Shown: positions 25,124 to 38,444 of the stretch, in pieces
Position numbering within the stretch: position 1 is the stretch's first letter
How the letters are laid out: each line of letters begins with the position of its first letter
Assembly: GCA_038087875.1 (NCBI GenBank)
Contig: CM075979.1
Coordinates: 45,756,001-45,820,000 of the forward strand
From: Malacoraja senta
Taxonomy: Eukaryota
DNA length: 64,000 bases
Direction of reading: 5' to 3'
Made by a program: the position numbers and the translations under genes
The notes under the pieces: model-generated
Database searches by the model: none
Seen by the model: only the letters and a program-made list of their open reading frames with translations
What the model was told of the DNA's origin: nothing

Positions 25124-27015
25124 CTCTCAGACACCTCCTCCTACTTATCCCTGGACCATGACCCCACCTACGAGCACTAGGCCACTATCTCTAGCACCAT
25201 CACTGACTCCATCAACTCCCGCTCCCTGCCCCCCCCACCCCCGAGCCTCCAACCTCATCGTTCCCCAGCCCCGCACGGCCCGATTTTACCTTCTCCCCAA
25301 AATCCACAAACCTGACTGTCCTGGTAGACCCATTGTCTCTGCCTGTTCCTGCCCTACTGAACTTATTTCCACATACCTCGACTCCATCCTATCCCCCTGG
25401 TTAAATCCCTCCCTACCTATGTTCAAGACACCTCAGACATTCTCCGTCATCTCCGCGCATTCCATTCTCTTGGCCCCCATCTTCACCATGGACGTCCAGT
25501 CACTCTACACCTCCATCCCCCACCAGGAGGGTCTCAAAGCCCTCCGGTTCTTCCTCGACCGGAAAACCAACCAATCCCCGTCCACTGATACTCTCCTCCA
25601 CCTGGTGGAGCTGGTCCTTACCCTTAATAACTCTTCGTTTGACTCCTCCCATTTCCTCCAAATACAAGGCGTAGCTATGGGCACGCGCATGGGCCCCAGC
25701 TACGCCTGCCTCTTTGAAGAATACGTTGAACAATCCTTGTTCGAGATGTATCAGGGCCCCATCCCCGACCTCTACTTCCGCTACATCGACGACTGTTTTG
25801 ATGCTACCTCCTGCACCCACACACAACTCACTAACTTCATCAACTTTGCCACTAACTTCCATCCGGCACTCAAATACACCTGGACCATTTCCGACACTTC
25901 CCTACCATTTCTTAACCTCAATATCTCCATCGCAGGTGATAGACTTTTGACCAACATCCAGTATAAACCCACTGACTCCCATGGCTATCTGGACCACACT
26001 TCTTCCCACCCTGCTTCCTGTAAGGACTCCATCCCCTATTCCCAATTCCTCCATCTATGCCGCATCTGCTCCCAGGATGAGGTGTTCCACACCAGGGCAT
26101 CGGAAATGTCCTCATTCTTCAGGGAACGGGGGTTCCCCTCCCCTACTATAGATGAGGCTCTCACCAGGGTCTCTTCAATACCCCGTAACACTGCTCTCTC
26201 TCCCCATCCCCCCCACTCGCAACAGGGGCAGAGTCCCCTAGTCCTCACCTTCCACCCCACTATCAATCAATCAATCAGTTTTATTCGTCACTTGCACATA
26301 AAGTGCTAGTGAAATGAATATTGCCAGCAGCATTATTACAATGAAAAAGAATACACAAAAATACAATAACAATTTAACACAAACATCCACCACAGCATTC
26401 ATCACTGGTGGAAGGCACAAAATTTGGCCAGTCCTCCTTCATTTCCCCCCGTGGTCGGGACCTCAACCCTCCGCAGCCGCCGCTGCGGGCATCCAGATGT
26501 GTAGACAAGGTAAAAGTCCAGGTAAGTCCTGAATCGGTGCTTCCCTTCAGGTTGGTGTAGGCCGCAGGCCGGCAGTCGAAGATTTAAAGTTCCCGCCGCG
26601 CTGCAGCCAGAAGCACCGCAGACCGCAGGGCCGGCGGTCGAAGCTCCCCTCCCTAAAGCCGTCACATACAACAAATAGCCCTCCGTCATTTTCGCCACCT
26701 CGAACGTGACCCCACCACTCGCCACATCTTCCCATCTCCCCCTCTGCTTTCCGCAAAGACCGCTCCCTCCATAACTCCTTGGTCAATTCTTCCCTTCCTA
26801 CCCGCACCACCCCCCACCCCGGGCACTTTCCCTTCTCCTCCCTTTCTCAGCTCTCCATCAGCCCTTGGGCTCCTCCTCTTCCTTTCTTCTTCCCGCCCCC
26901 TCGCCCCCCATCCTGCAACAGTCTGAAGAAGGGTTTCGGTCCGAAATGTTGCGTGTTTCCTTCGCTCCATAGATGCTGCCACACCCGCTGAGTTTCTCCA
27001 GCACTTTTGTCTACC
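25124..27015 (+). mobile_element. Penelope-like element RT fragment, interrupted at about 26270-26655 by an unrelated short repeat
   Basis: ORF 25158-26309: FYLLPKIHK..PGRPIVS, MDVQSLYTSIPH, YFRYIDD; terminal hammerhead motif at about 26923. Confidence 0.85.
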
Positions 27016-27060
27016 AAGGAACTGCAGATGCTGGTTTACACTGAAGATAGACACAAAATA

Positions 27061-28312
27061 TAGAATTTTTCGAGGATGTAACTAGTAGAGTGGATAAGGG
27101 AGAACCAGTGGATGTGTTGTATCGACGTTCAGAAGGCTTTCGACAAGGTCCCACATAAGAGATTAGTATACAAACTTAAACCACACGGTATTGGGGGTTC
27201 ACTATTGATGTGGACAGAGAACTGGCTGGCAGACAGGAAGCAAAGAGTAGGAGTAAACGGGTCCTTTTCAGAATGGCAGGCAGTGACTAGTGGGGTACCG
27301 CAAGGCTCAGTGCTGGGACCCCAGCTATTTACAATATATATTAATGATTTGGACGAGGGAATTGAATGCAACATCTCCAGGTTTGCGGATGACACGAAGC
27401 TGGGGGGCAGTGTTAGCTGTGAGGAGGATGCTAGGAGGCTGCAAGGTGACTTGGATAGGCTGGGTGAGTGGGCAAATGCATGGCAGATGCAGTATAATGT
27501 GGATAAATGTGAGGTTATCCACTTTGGTGGCAAAAACAGGAACGCAGACTATTATCTAAATGGTGGCCGATTAGGAAAAGGGGAGATGCAACGAGACCTG
27601 GGTGTCATGGTACACCAGTCATTGAAAGTAGGCATGCAGGTGCAGCAGGCAGTGAAGAAAGCGAATGGTATGTTAGCATTCATAGCAAAAAGATTTGAGT
27701 ATAGGAGCAGGGAGGTTCTACTGCAGTTGTACAGGGTCTTGGTGAGACCACACCTGGAGTATTGCGTACAGTTTTGGTCTCCTAATCTAAGGAAAGACAT
27801 TCTTGCCATAGAGGGAGTACAGAGAAGGTTCACCAGACTGATTCCTGGGATGGCAGGACTTTCATATGAAGAAAGACTGGATAGACTCGGCTTGTACTCG
27901 CTAGAATTTAGAAGATTGAGGGGGGATCTTATAGAAACTTACAAAATTCTTAAGGGGTTGGACAGGCTAGATGCAGGAAGATTGTTCCCGATGTTGGGGA
28001 AGTCCAGAACAAGGGGTCACAGTTTAAGGATAAGGGGGAAGTCTTTTAGGACCGAGGTGAGAAAAAAAAAATTCACACAGAGAGTGGTGAATCTCTGGAA
28101 TCCTCTGCCACAGAAGGTATTTGAGGACAGTTCATTGGCTATATTTAAGAGGGAGTTAGATGTGGCCCTTGTGGCTAAAGGGATCAGGGAGTATGGAGAG
28201 AAGGCAGGCACGGGATACTGAGTTGGATGATCAGCCATGATCATATTTAATGGTGGTGCAGGCTCGAAGGGCCGAATGGCCTACTCCTGCACCTATTTTC
28301 TATGTTTCTATG
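27061..28312 (+). mobile_element. CR1 RT/3' end
   Basis: ORF 27112-28221 with SGVPQGSVLGP and FADDTKL; (TTTCTATG) tail. Confidence 0.9.
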
Positions 28313-28463
28313 TAAAATGCTGGAATTACTCAGCGGGCCAGGCAGCATCTCTGGCGAAAAGGAATAGCTGACGTTTTGGGTCGAGACCCTTCTTCAGACC
28401 CTTGTATCTTCAGAAAGAACATTTAGATTGCCAAGTTTTAAATACCTGCTTTGTTTTGACTAG

Positions 28464-28892
28464 TTCGTCCAGAGATCACTGGCCCCAATGGACATCAAAC
28501 CATGAAACATCATGAAAAAGAAATGGCCACTTGGACGGTTGGTCCATTCCGACCTCGTGAAATTATAATTCACTTATACCTAAAGAGGAAGGGGGATGAT
28601 GTGAGAAGTACAATTTTAGATTGGGACAGCAGAAAATCTACTGAAAACAGAAATGGAATGATCAACGGAGAGGGTCGCAATGAGTCGAGGATTCTGATGA
28701 ATTCAAATTGGGTCGATGCATCTTTTACACCATTGGATCCCGAATATAACAATGCAGATGGGATTGTGACGATCAATGTGAAAATATATCCAGATGTTAA
28801 CAAGGATGCAGGGGCTGAATTAACCATTGAAGTTCAACATACATCACTGAAACAGCCGATATCAAAGACATTGATACTGGATGTTATAGGAG
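28464..28892 (+). CDS. Gene 1 exon: first post-TM C1-set-like domain, cysteine-free, with long insertion
   Basis: tag| and G|gtaaag, phase 1/1, 143 open codons. VRPEITGP..ATWTVGPFRPREIII.. and ..DAGAELTIEVQHTSLKQPISKTL.LDV align to the C1 motifs xCxxxGFYPxxI and YxCxVxHxSL. Confidence 0.75.
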
Positions 28893-30880
28893 GTAAAGTA
28901 TAAATGTTTTCTTTAATCATTAATGTCTATATATTGTGATTTCAGTCCGAATGTCTTCAGAGTCATAGAGTGATACAGCGTAGAAACAGGCCCTTCAGCC
29001 CAACTTGCCCAAGCTGACCAACATGTCAGTCAGTCTGGACACTTCATCCCATCTGCCTGCGTTTGGTCCATATCCCTCTAAACATGTTCTATCCATGTAC
29101 CCGTCTAAATATTTCTTAAAAATTGTGATAGTACCTACCTCAACTATCTCGTCTGGCAGCTTGTTCCACACACTCACCACCTTTGTATGAAAAGGTTACC
29201 CCTCAGATTCTGATAAAATCTTTCCACCCTCCTCATCTGAAATCTATGTCCTCTGGTCCTCGATTCACCTACTCTGGGCAAAAGACTGTGGATCTCCCCG
29301 ATCTATTCCTCTGATGATCTTCTACACTCTATTTGATCACTCCTCATCCTCCTGCGCTCCAAGGAATAGAGTCCTAGCCTGCTCAACCTCTCCCTGTAGC
29401 TCAGGCCTTCAGGTCCTGGCAACATCCTCGTAAATCTTCTCTGCACCCTTTCCAGCTTGACAACATCTTTCTTGTAACAAGGTGTCCAAAATCTGCTGAA
29501 CATGATGCCAAGATAAACTAATCTCTGCTGCTTGCATGCACTCCATGTCCCTCCATTCCCTGCATATTCATGTGCCTATCTAAAAGCTTCTTAAACACCA
29601 CCATTTTATCTGCCTCCACCACCACCACCCCTGGCAGCCTGTTCCACGCTGTGTTTAAAAATGAAACGCCCCTCACCTCTCCTTTAAACTTTGCCACTCT
29701 AATCTTAAAGCTATGCCCTCCAGTCTTAGACATTTCTACCCTGGGAAAAATATTCTGACTGTCTACCTTTCATCATGTACGTCTCGATGGGCCGAAGGGC
29801 CTTTCCACGCTGTACCTCTAAACTAAACTAAACTAAATCAGGACCATTCTCTGGTTGGTAATAGATAGATAGATTAGATAGCCCTTTATTGTCATTCAGA
29901 CCGAAGTCTGAACGAAATTGCAACAGTCATACATAAAACAACAATAAACACATATTAACATCCACCACAGTGAGTCCACCCAACATCTCCTCACTGTGAT
30001 GGAGGCAAAAGTCTTAGGTCTGCAGTCTCTTCCCTCCTCTTCTCCCTCTGCGCTGAGGCGATACCCCCCGGGCGATGTTTCCCGCGGCTCAAACACCGCA
30101 GCCCGAGGTGGTCGAAGCTGCCGCCCACCAGTCCTGCAGACGCAGCCGCTGGCCCGCGGCCGAACCCCGGACTCAGGCCACCACCGCCAGAACACCGTCC
30201 CAGCCACCCTCACGTGAGTACCGTGCCATCTTCAGTCTCGGGCCGCGCTGCCCCGACATGGGCGTCGCTTCTCCCTCGGGCCGGGCCGCCCCGACTTGGG
30301 CGCTCACAGGAGCACTGTTCCAGCCCTGAGCCGGACCACCCTCACGGGAGCGAGCTCAGGGCGAGTCCTGACGGGCTCTGCCTCCGGAGCCTCGAGGTCG
30401 CCACCTCCATTAGGCCTCAGCGCAGACGGAGGCAGAGAAGGGGAATACGACAAAAAGTCGCATTCCCCCGCAGGGAGAGACTGCAAACCCCGTTACAACC
30501 CCCACCCCCCCAAAACACAAACTAAAAACCAAAAACTAGACTAACCAAAACAAAATAAACAACACAAAAAACACAAACAAACAGGACTGCCGATGAGCCG
30601 CTGCAGCCAGTGCCGCGCCGCCACAATAGGATGGTTCAATTGCCTGATGACAACTAATACATTAGTAATGGTAATACATTTGCAATGGGGGACTAGAACT
30701 GCACGCAATACTCCAACTATGGCCTAACCAAAGTCTGCAGAGCTGCATCGTGACCTTAACACTTTTAGGAGATTATCTCATCAGTCGACTCAAAGTCACG
30801 GAAAATTCACACAGTAATGTAATATGTTCTTGCTTTTGTAAATTTCAACTAGTTGATTTGTTTGTTTTCTTTTCTCAAAG

Positions 30881-31258
30881 TGCCACCCAAGGTTTTAAAC
30901 ATCTTCAAACCCTCTTGCATCATTCACAATGAACCTGCATCTTTGTTCTGTTCAATCACTGGGTTTAAACCGAGACCTTTATGTATCACGTGGCAACGAA
31001 AGAGAAAGAACATGGAGGCAGAAGAAATAGTTCGAATGGAGGAGGACAACAGGACAATTATTCCCGGTGGTGACGGGGAGATGTCCACATATAAACATTA
31101 CATCATTGAGATGAAGCACGATGATGAATCCTACAGCATCACTAGTGTACTAGAGATAGTGCCTGATATACAGCAAGATCAAGGCTCACTTTACACCTGT
31201 AAAGTACATCACAACGGCACCAATGACCAGGAGAGAGAAATCAAGTTAATGATTGCAG
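30881..31258 (+). CDS. Gene 1 exon: second post-TM C1-set domain
   Basis: caaag| and G|gtatat, phase 1/1. VPPKV..LFCSITGFKPRPLCITW..DDESYSITSVLEI..DQGSLYTCKVHH. Confidence 0.85.
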
Positions 31259-32160
31259 GTATATAATACTTCCATCTAAGCCTTGCATTGACAGAGGATG
31301 CAGAGTACGTACTTATTTGGAATGGTGTCTTAAATATCATACCACAACCATTAATGTACGCAGAGCGTTTGAAGGCTCTGGGTCTGTGCTAGCTGGAGTT
31401 TAGAAGGATGAGGGGGGGATCTCAATGAAACCTACTGAATAATGAAAGGCCTGGATAGACTGGATGTAGAAAAGATGTTTCTACTAATGTGAGAGTCCAG
31501 GACCAGACTCAGAGTAAAAGGAAGTACCTTTAGAATGGAGATGAGGAGGAATTCCTTTCGTCAGAGGTTGGTGACTCGGTGGAATTCATTGCTACAGACA
31601 GCTGTGGAAGCCAAGTCATTGGGTTTTTCACAGCGGAGATTTATAGGTTGTTGATTAATAATAGTGTGAAAGGTTATGGGGAGAAGGCAGGAGAATGGGG
31701 TTGAGAGGGAAAAATAGATCAACTATGATTGAATGGCAGAGTTGAGTCGATGGGCTGAATGGCCTAATACTGCCTTCTACACTGCCTTTTACAAGGGGAA
31801 TAATTTTGAATGGTTTTGAAAAAAATACAATAATAGGATACAATTGTTTTGGGATTAATGAAGTCATTCATTTTTCAAAAATTATATGTGTCTTTTTCAT
31901 AGTTTTCAAAAACATGGGTGATTGCATTTCTGGCCATTGATCATGGAAAGGCCACACATCTAATCCTTAGTTTTGTGAATCTGCTTGTGTTTGAATATAG
32001 AAACAAGGAACTGCAGATGCTGGTTTATACCAAAGATAGACACAATGTGCTGGAGTAACTCAGCGGGTCAGGCAGCATCTCTGGAGAACAGGATGGGTGA
32101 CGTTTTGGGTCGGGGCACTGCTATCTTGGCTTGTGTTTGAAGCCTTGTTTTTTATTTCAG

Positions 32161-32472
32161 CCATTCCAAAAGTGGGCCCAATAAAGTGCAACGCAGAGAA
32201 GATAATTGGTGGTGTACCCATGACGATAAGCTGTCCAATAAATGCGTTTTACCCCAGAGACATCACAGTGAAATGGCTGAAAAATGATGAAGAGACGTTG
32301 CAGAATTTCAAAGTTGCTGAGCCAGTAATTGGTCAGGATGGCCTCTATCATGTGGCAAGTGATGTGGAGATAGTCCCCACCAGGGCTGAGGCAACAGCCA
32401 AATATACATGCCGAGTGTCCCATCTGAGCCTGACTGAGCCATTACACACTGATTGGTTTGCAGGTGAAATGG
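32161..32472 (+). CDS. Gene 1 exon: third post-TM C1-set domain
   Basis: tttcag| acceptor; donor G|gtacgt at 32473 (alternative G|gtgaaa at 32464), phase 1/1. AIPKVGPI..ISCPINAFYPRDITVKW..DGLYHVAS..KYTCRVSHLSL. Confidence 0.85.
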
Positions 32473-33437
32473 GTACGTAACAAAGTTTAAGCCAAGACTG
32501 CTTTCATCTTAAACGGTCTTCAGTTGCTAATTCATTATGGATAGAGTGAAAGTGGAGGGGATGTTTCCACTAGTGGGAAAGTCGGGGACCAGTGGCCACA
32601 GCCTCAGAATAAAAGCACATACCTTTTAAAGGAGATGAGGAGGAATTCAGAGGGTGGTGAATCTGTGGAATTCATTGCCACCGATGGTGGTGAAGGTCAA
32701 ATCAATGGATATTTTTATCGGAGATTGGCAGATTCTTCATTAGTACGGATGGTGGGTGTCAGGGGTTATTGGGAAAAGGCAGCAGAATTGGGTTGAGAGG
32801 GAAAGATAGATCAACTATGATTGAATGGCAAAGTAGACTAGATGGGCCGAATCGCCTAATTGTGCTCCTATAACTTATGAACGTATGAATTATCTAATGA
32901 TATAGAACGAAGAACAGTACAGCACAACTGCTCGACCCACAATGTCTGACCAACACTCATCTGCCTGCACATAGTCCATATCCCTCCATATCCATGTGCC
33001 TATCCAAAAGTCTATTAAATGCCACTATCCTTTCTGCCTCAACCACCATCCCCGGTAACGCGTTCCAGACACTCACCCCCTTCTATATTAAAAAAATTGA
33101 CCCACACATCTTCTTTAAAATTTGCCCCTCTCACCTTAAAACTATGGCCTCTAGTATTTGATTTTTCTATCCTTTTTTTTCCAGACAGAGGCTCTGACTG
33201 TCTACCCTATCTATGCCTCTCCTGATATAATGTACCTCTATATGGGCTCCCCACAATCACTGCCGTTCCAGAGAAAACCACTAAATTTATCTATTGTATT
33301 ATTTTTATCCACAGTCTTTGAAAAGTGAAACACAAAGTGCTTGAGTAACCCAACGGGTCATACAGCATCTGTGGAGGGAATGGACAGGGACTTTGTGGGT
33401 CAGAAGCCTTCTTCAGACAGATTAATCTGTATGTGTG

Positions 33438-33932
33438 NNNNNNNNNNNNNNNNNNNNNNNNNNNNNNNNNNNNNNNNNNNNNNNNNNNNNNNNNNNNNNN
33501 NNNNNNNNNNNNNNNNNNNNNNNNNNNNNNNNNNNNNNNNNNNNNNNNNNNNNNNNNNNNNNNNNNNNNNNNNNNNNNNNNNNNNNNNNNNNNNNNNNNN
33601 NNNNNNNNNNNNNNNNNNNNNNNNNNNNNNNNNNNNNNNNNNNNNNNNNNNNNNNNNNNNNNNNNNNNNNNNNNNNNNNNNNNNNNNNNNNNNNNNNNNN
33701 NNNNNNNNNNNNNNNNNNNNNNNNNNNNNNNNNNNNNNNNNNNNNNNNNNNNNNNNNNNNNNNNNNNNNNNNNNNNNNNNNNNNNNNNNNNNNNNNNNNN
33801 NNNNNNNNNNNNNNNNNNNNNNNNNNNNNNNNNNNNNNNNNNNNNNNNNNNNNNNNNNNNNNNNNNNNNNNNNNNNNNNNNNNNNNNNNNNNNNNNNNNN
33901 NNNNNNNNNNNNNNNNNNNNNNNNNNNNNNNN
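33438..33932. other. Assembly gap (495 N) inside a gene 1 intron
   Basis: Run of N. Confidence 0.99.
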
Positions 33933-34028
33933 AATCTCAAATATTATGAATATTGATGTATGTTGTTTTGTGTATTATGTTACTTATTGAGTACTGGGCT
34001 TAAGGACCTGTTATGCTGCTGCATGTAA

Positions 34029-34731
34029 AGGGGCTGTCCCACTGCGGCAACCTAATCCGCGAGTTAAGAAGAGTGTCTTCGACCTTCAAGCTCGAGGGCA
34101 CTCGCCTGGAAAGCCTCGAGCTGGATCGACCGTCCGCGTTGAAACCTCGAGCTAGATCGATCGACCACACACACACACACACACACACATCGCAAAGGCG
34201 GGGACCAGGGAAAGCGGGGGAGCTATCCGAAATTCACACCCGCGATGAAGAGGAAGGTAAAAGACAGCTGCACAGTGTACGGTAAGTCCTTTGGAGAGCG
34301 TGGAGGGGGAGAGAAGGGGAGAGAAGGAGTGGAGACACTTTTAAGAAGTATAATAAAGTTTAGCGGGCATTTTACCTACCGGTCAGTTTTCCCTGGTCCT
34401 GAAAACTCCAATGAGCCAATCAAAATGCCCGGGCAGCGAAAGAGATTGCCTACAGCTGCCCTCCACTGCCTGTAACTAAATAGCGACCCCACTCCACTGC
34501 ACTACGAGTTAAAAAGAACCGTACCGACCAAATTTTACTCGCGGAACATTTTTCAACATGCTGAAAAAATTTCCGCAACCTAGCTGAGGCCGCAAGTATT
34601 CGGGAACTTCCCTCGAGCATGAAGGAGAGTTCCAGTGACCTCATAGGACCTCCACGACCATGCTGCGTGTTTGAGTCGAGGGCAAACTCGTCGAAACTCG
34701 CAGATTAGGTCGCTGCAGTGGGACAGCCCCT
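34029..34731. mobile_element. PIF/Harbinger-like MITE, TAA TSD
   Basis: TAA|AGGGGCTGTCCCACTGCGGCAACCTAATCCGCGAG ... CTCGCAGATTAGGTCGCTGCAGTGGGACAGCCCCT|TAA. Confidence 0.85.
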
Positions 34732-34799
34732 TAAGTCTTTCATTGTTCCATTTTGGTACATATGACAATTAATCACTCTCTTGACTCTTGAAAAGCCAT

Positions 34800-36062
34800 T
34801 CCAAGAGATAGAGTGATACAGCGTGGAAACAGGCTCTTTGGCCCAACTTGCCCACACCAGCCAACATGTCCCAGCTTCACTGGTCCCACCAGTCTGCATA
34901 TGGTCCATATCCCTCCAAACCTGTCACATCCATGTCCCTGTACAATTGTTTCTTAAACGTTGCATTAGTACCTGCCACAACTACCTTTTCTGGCAGCTTG
35001 TGCCATACACCCACCACCCTTTGTGTGAAAAGGTTACCCCTCAGATTCCTATTAAATCGTTTCCCCTTCATCTTAAACCTATGTCCTCTGGTCCTCGATT
35101 CCCCCACCCTGGGCAAGAGAATCTGTGCATCTACCCGATCTATACCTCTCATGATTTTATACATCTCGATAAGATCACCCCTCATTCTCCTGCGCTCCAA
35201 GGAATAAAATCCCAGCCTACTCAATATCTCCCTACAGCTCAGATCCTCTAGTTGTGGCAACATCCTCGTAAATCTTCTCTGTACCCTTTTCAACTTGCCA
35301 ACATTTGTCCTGTAACATGGTGCCCAGAACAGAACACAATACTCTAAATGTGGCCTCACCAACTTGTATACAACTGCAACATGACCTACCAACTTCTATA
35401 TTCAATACTCTGACTAATGAAGGCCAATGTGTCAAAAGCCTTTTTGACCACACAATCTACCTGCGACTCCACCTTCAAGTAACCATGCACCTAGACACCT
35501 CTGCTCTACAACACTCCTCAGAGCCCGACCATTCACTGTGTTGGTCCTGCCCACATTATACTTCCCAAAATGCAACAACTCACATATCTCCGTATTAAAT
35601 TCCATCAACCATTCCTCAGCCCACCTGGCCAATCGATCAAGAAACTGCTACAATTTTTCACAACCATCTTCAGTATCTGCAAAACCACCAACTTTTGTAT
35701 CATCTGCAAACTTGCTAATCTTGCTGTGTTCTCCTCTAAATCATTGATATAGATGACAAACAGCAACGGGCCCAGCATCTGCACTCCAAGGAATAGAGTC
35801 CCAGCCTAATCAACCTTTCCCTATAGCTCAGACCCTCTAGTCCTGGCAACATCCTCAGAAATCTTCTCTGAACCCTTTCAAGCTTGACAATATCTTTCCT
35901 ATAACATGGTGCCCAGAACTGAACACAATAGTCAAAATGCAGCCTCACCAACTGCACGACTTACGTCTTATACAACTGCATGACCTCCCAACTTCTATAC
36001 TCAATACTTTGACTGATGAAGGCTAATGGGCCAATGGCCTTTTTGACCACCTTATCTACCTG
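34800..36062 (-). mobile_element. CR1 3' fragments (two adjacent)
   Basis: [25 protein letters not shown] repeated on the minus strand. Confidence 0.8.
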
Positions 36063-36222
36063 CGTTTTGTAGTACAAAACCGATAGAAAAAGACCCTGAT
36101 GGTTCCTCAGAACTTTCAATGTTTCATCCCTTATTTTCTCAATTTGTTGTTAATATTTCTCTGAATTCTAGTGTTCTTTAAATTACACGTTCAGATTAAC
36201 CTTTTTTTCCCCTTTTCTCCAG

Positions 36223-36555
36223 CTTCATTGCCAAAGCTTACAGCAATTGAGGTTGATCCACTTTGCCCCGAAATGGGAAAGGAAGTAACACTCTCCTGCA
36301 AAGCTTACGGATTCTATCCTGAAGGAAATCAAATATCCTGGTTCAAAGAATTTGATAAAATCAAAGATCCATTCAAAGCAGGAATTACTCTGGGAGCAAG
36401 TGAACTGGACACAGAGAATGGTTGCTATTCACGTTCATCCAAATGGAAATACACACCAGCTGCTGATGACCATGGAAGAAAATTTAAGATGAAAATCTTT
36501 CATTCTGCAACTTCAAGCTACCCCAACACTTCCAGTTACACTTTAAAATTAAAAG
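36223..36555 (+). CDS. Gene 1 exon: fourth post-TM C1-set domain (F-strand Cys replaced by Met)
   Basis: Long pyrimidine tract + ccag|, G|gtgaat, phase 1/1. ASLPKL..VTLSCKAYGFYPEGNQISW..ENGCYSRSS..DDHGRKFKMKIFHSA. Confidence 0.85.
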
Positions 36556-37029
36556 GTGAATATTGTTGCAGCAAAATCTGCAGCCACATCGTACCATAAG
36601 AAGGATGTGGAAAAGGCGCAGAAGAGGTTTATCAAATGCTTCGAAAGGAACTGCAGATGCTGGTTTAAACCGAAGATAGACACAAAATACTGGAGTAACT
36701 CAGTGGGACAGGCAGCATCTCTGGAGAGAAGGAATGGGTGACGTTTCGGATCGAGACCCTTCTTCAGTCCTTCTCTCCAGAGATGCTGCCTGTCTCACTG
36801 TTACTCCAGCATTTTGTGTCTATCTTATCAAAATGTTGCTTGGTTTAGAGTGTTTTTGCGACAGGGAGACATTGGACAAACTTGAATTATTTTCTCTGGA
36901 ACGCCAGAGACTGAAGGGAGACCTGATAGAAGTATATAAAATAATAATGGGGTAGACAGTCAGAACCTTTTTCCCAGGGTGGAAATGTCAAAGACTAGAG
37001 GGTATAGCTTTACAAGTGAGGGGGACTAA

Positions 37030-37624
37030 AAGGTCTGTCTCACGAATCTGCGGTCATTGGCGGCGAAACGGGAAGAATCTGCCGCCATAGACCGCGCACT
37101 CGTGAGAAAGAACAATTCCCGGGCCGTGCGACGGTGTTCCCAACACCGCGCGGTGCAAAAATAAAATCGACAATGTCGAAAACCAAATACTCACCGCACA
37201 ACCTCCACCAGTGATGCACGAGTGCGCACGGCCGCTCGCACGGGCCGCCGCCAGTGTGGGTCGAGCGCCGTGCGTCAAACCTCCTCTGCCACAGCCTCCG
37301 CCAGTGACGCACGTGCCGCCGCCAGTGAGGCACGTGTGCTGCGCGGCCGCAGGCACAGCCACCACTACAGCGCCGCGATCAGGATGGCCGCCGCCGCTGG
37401 TGAGTCACGTGCGGGGGGGCGACGTCATCGCAGTCGGCCCGCCCTTTTTTTACTTACCGCAAGCACGTGGGACCCGCCGTGTTTGAATTAACTCGGCCCC
37501 CGCGCAGCATGCGTGCGGCGCTCCGGTGGATAGGCTCGACGCTCTCGCCGTTGCCGCGCGGTCCTCGCTACCGGCGATGCCGCGCTTCACCGCCGATGAC
37601 CGCAAACAGGTAAGACACGGCCTT
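37030..37624. mobile_element. PIF/Harbinger-like MITE (same family as 52032-52520)
   Basis: TAA|AAGGTCTGTCTCACG start; internal match to the reverse complement of 52440-52520. Confidence 0.65.
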
Positions 37625-38132
37625 TAGTTTAATGGTGATGTGCAGGGCAAGTTTTCTACATGGAACCTGGAACATGGAGGTACAATAGTGGTGTTCATGA
37701 AGCTTTTGAATAGGCACAGGGAATGGAGGAATATGGATCACATGCAGGCAAAGGAGACTAGTTTATCAATGTGTCAAGTTCAGCACAGACATTGTGGGCC
37801 AAAGGGACAGTCCCTGTAGTGTACTGTTCTTTGTACAGGAAACAGGCCCGTCGGGTCACCGAGTCTGCGCTGACCAGCGATCACCCCGTACCTCAGCACT
37901 ATCCTACACTGGGGACTATTTACAATTTTACTGCAGCCAATTAACCGACTAACCTGTACGTCTTTGGAGCGTGGGAAGAAACCGGAGCACCTGGAAAAAA
38001 CCTACGCAGTCAGGGGGAAAAAGTACAAAGCCCGTACAGACAGCACCTGTAAGGCAGCAGCTCTACCGCTGCGCCACCATGCACGATGTTATTCACTCTT
38101 GTAAATGACTCTTCTTTCATGAATTTCAACAG

Positions 38133-38444
38133 GGATTCCATTCGTCGACGACATTAAGTATGAGCCACCAGTGGCTGCGTACAGTTCAGAACATCATCTC
38201 GTCTGCAAAGTTGATAACTTTTATCCAAAACAAATTGGAACAAGCTGGTTATGTAAAGGGAAACCAATATCCGAAGGAGTCGAAGATGCAGGAGCGGTGG
38301 AGGATAAGAATGGATGTTTTCAGATGGAGTCCTCCTTGCGTATTAAGCCAACTGCTGTACAATTTGATGGAATGATTTCCTTTCAAGTGACGCATTCAAG
38401 GTTAAATACTCCAATAACAAAACAAGTGTCTTTAAACCTTTCAG
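38133..38444 (+). CDS. Gene 1 exon: fifth post-TM C1-set domain (F-strand Cys replaced by Phe)
   Basis: caacag| and G|gtatgt, phase 1/1. GIPFVDDI..LVCKVDNFYPKQIGTSW..KNGCFQMESSLRI..ISFQVTHSRL..PITKQV. Confidence 0.85.

Noticed and set aside
33341-33990. ORFs spanning N runs (also about 46300-46834 and 53532-53840)
   Set aside because: Artefacts of assembly gaps. The gaps could still hide a small exon, including a second TM.
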